The notes under the pieces were generated by a model. That model ran no database searches, had not been told where the DNA came from, and was given only the letters and a program-made list of their open reading frames with translations. A stretch of DNA of 63,075 nt, filler included, from Chiloscyllium plagiosum (Eukaryota), in the NCBI RefSeq assembly GCF_004010195.1. It is 4 parts of one record of this genome, joined end to end, with 100 filler letters (N's around TTAATTAATTAA, not from the genome) between each part and the next. Parts side by side here need not be neighbours in the genome. Positions count along the whole stretch, not along the records: positions 53,820 to 63,075 come from NC_057715.1; 3 more parts are not named here. One strand, given 5' to 3'. Below, in pieces: positions 62,250 to 63,075 of this stretch. Made by a program: the position numbers and the translations under genes. Position 1 is the first letter of the stretch. The number at the start of each line of letters is the position of its first letter.

Positions 62250-63075
62250 CTATTTTTTTATAGATATTTTTATTAGAAATTTAACATTTTTACAAGTTTA
62301 CAAAAATAAACAAAACTCTCAAATATAAACATTGATATACAATTAAATCAAATATACAATAGCCAAAATTTAACAAAAGAAAAAAATACCCGAAAAAGAA
62401 AAAAAAAACAAAACTCAACTATCTACTAATCTAACCTACAACTAACCAGAGTGTATATTTAAGTCTCTTACATGCTCGGAATGTGTTAACATCAGATGTA
62501 ATAAAACCCGTATTCGTGTGGGATTCCTCTCCTAAGGGACCCCGGACCAGCCAGATTTGTAATCTCAATTAAATAAAAGCCCTTGTTAGGATAGCCGAAA
62601 TATCTGTATTTATGTAATTCAAGAAGGGCTGCCATATTTTATAAAATAATTCGGTCTTTCGGTGCACCATATTTGTAAGGAAGTCAAGGGGAATACATTC
62701 CATAATTAATCTGTGCCAATTTGAAAGTCCAGGGGGGCCCTCAGCCACCCAGGTCACCAAAATATTTTTCCTTGCACAGAAAGAAAGAATAGAAAATAGT
62801 CTCTTCCCGTACGTATCCAGGGAGGGAAAGTTCGAAAAGCCCAAGAGGAGAGATACGGGGTCCACTTTTATTTCCATTCCTAAAATTTCTGTCAGGGTAC
62901 TTGCTACTTTAGTCCAATATCCACGGATCTTATGACAGGTCCATAAGCAATGTACAAGAGTGCCCACCTCTATTTTGCATTTAGGACACATTGGAGATGC
63001 TCCTGCCTTAAATTTTGCCAATCGAACCGGTGCTATATGGGCCCTATGAAGTATCTTCAACTGGATAGCCTGGGT
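62250..63075 (-). mobile_element. L1-clade LINE 3' end (ORF2 zinc-binding C-terminus, 3' UTR, polyA)
   Basis: Open ORF 62569-63060 with CPKC..GTLVHCLWTC..YW..ARK..W..KIWQPF. AATAAA and an A tail lie near 62250-62273. Confidence 0.88.

Overview
Repeat-rich eukaryotic DNA from a cartilaginous fish, inferred from HE1-like tRNA SINEs, shark-type CR1 LINEs and the tyrosinase sequence. I can support two host-gene exons, in divergent orientation. The first is coding exon 1 of tyrosinase (tyr, minus strand, 26229->25414), with signal peptide, Cys-rich region, CuA histidines and an upstream CATGTG E-box. The second is a short first coding exon of synaptotagmin-like 2 (sytl2/Slp2-a, plus strand, 60759-60859), which the ORF track missed. 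No tyr exon 2 was found, so intron 1 appears to exceed 25 kb. The rest is mostly decayed CR1, Rex1, L1/Tx1 and Penelope-like (PLE) retroelements, SINEs and Tc1/mariner-type MITEs. Three 100-bp gaps carry an artificial TTAATTAATTAA linker. Main highlights: (1) two melanosome genes head-to-head, with a CpG-retaining segment just upstream of tyr; (2) about a dozen minimal hammerhead-ribozyme motifs in at least two families, several in ~95-245 bp inserts flanked by target-site duplications (TSDs); (3) a diverged M-box-like site and an in-frame upstream ATG at tyr; (4) several local templated duplications.
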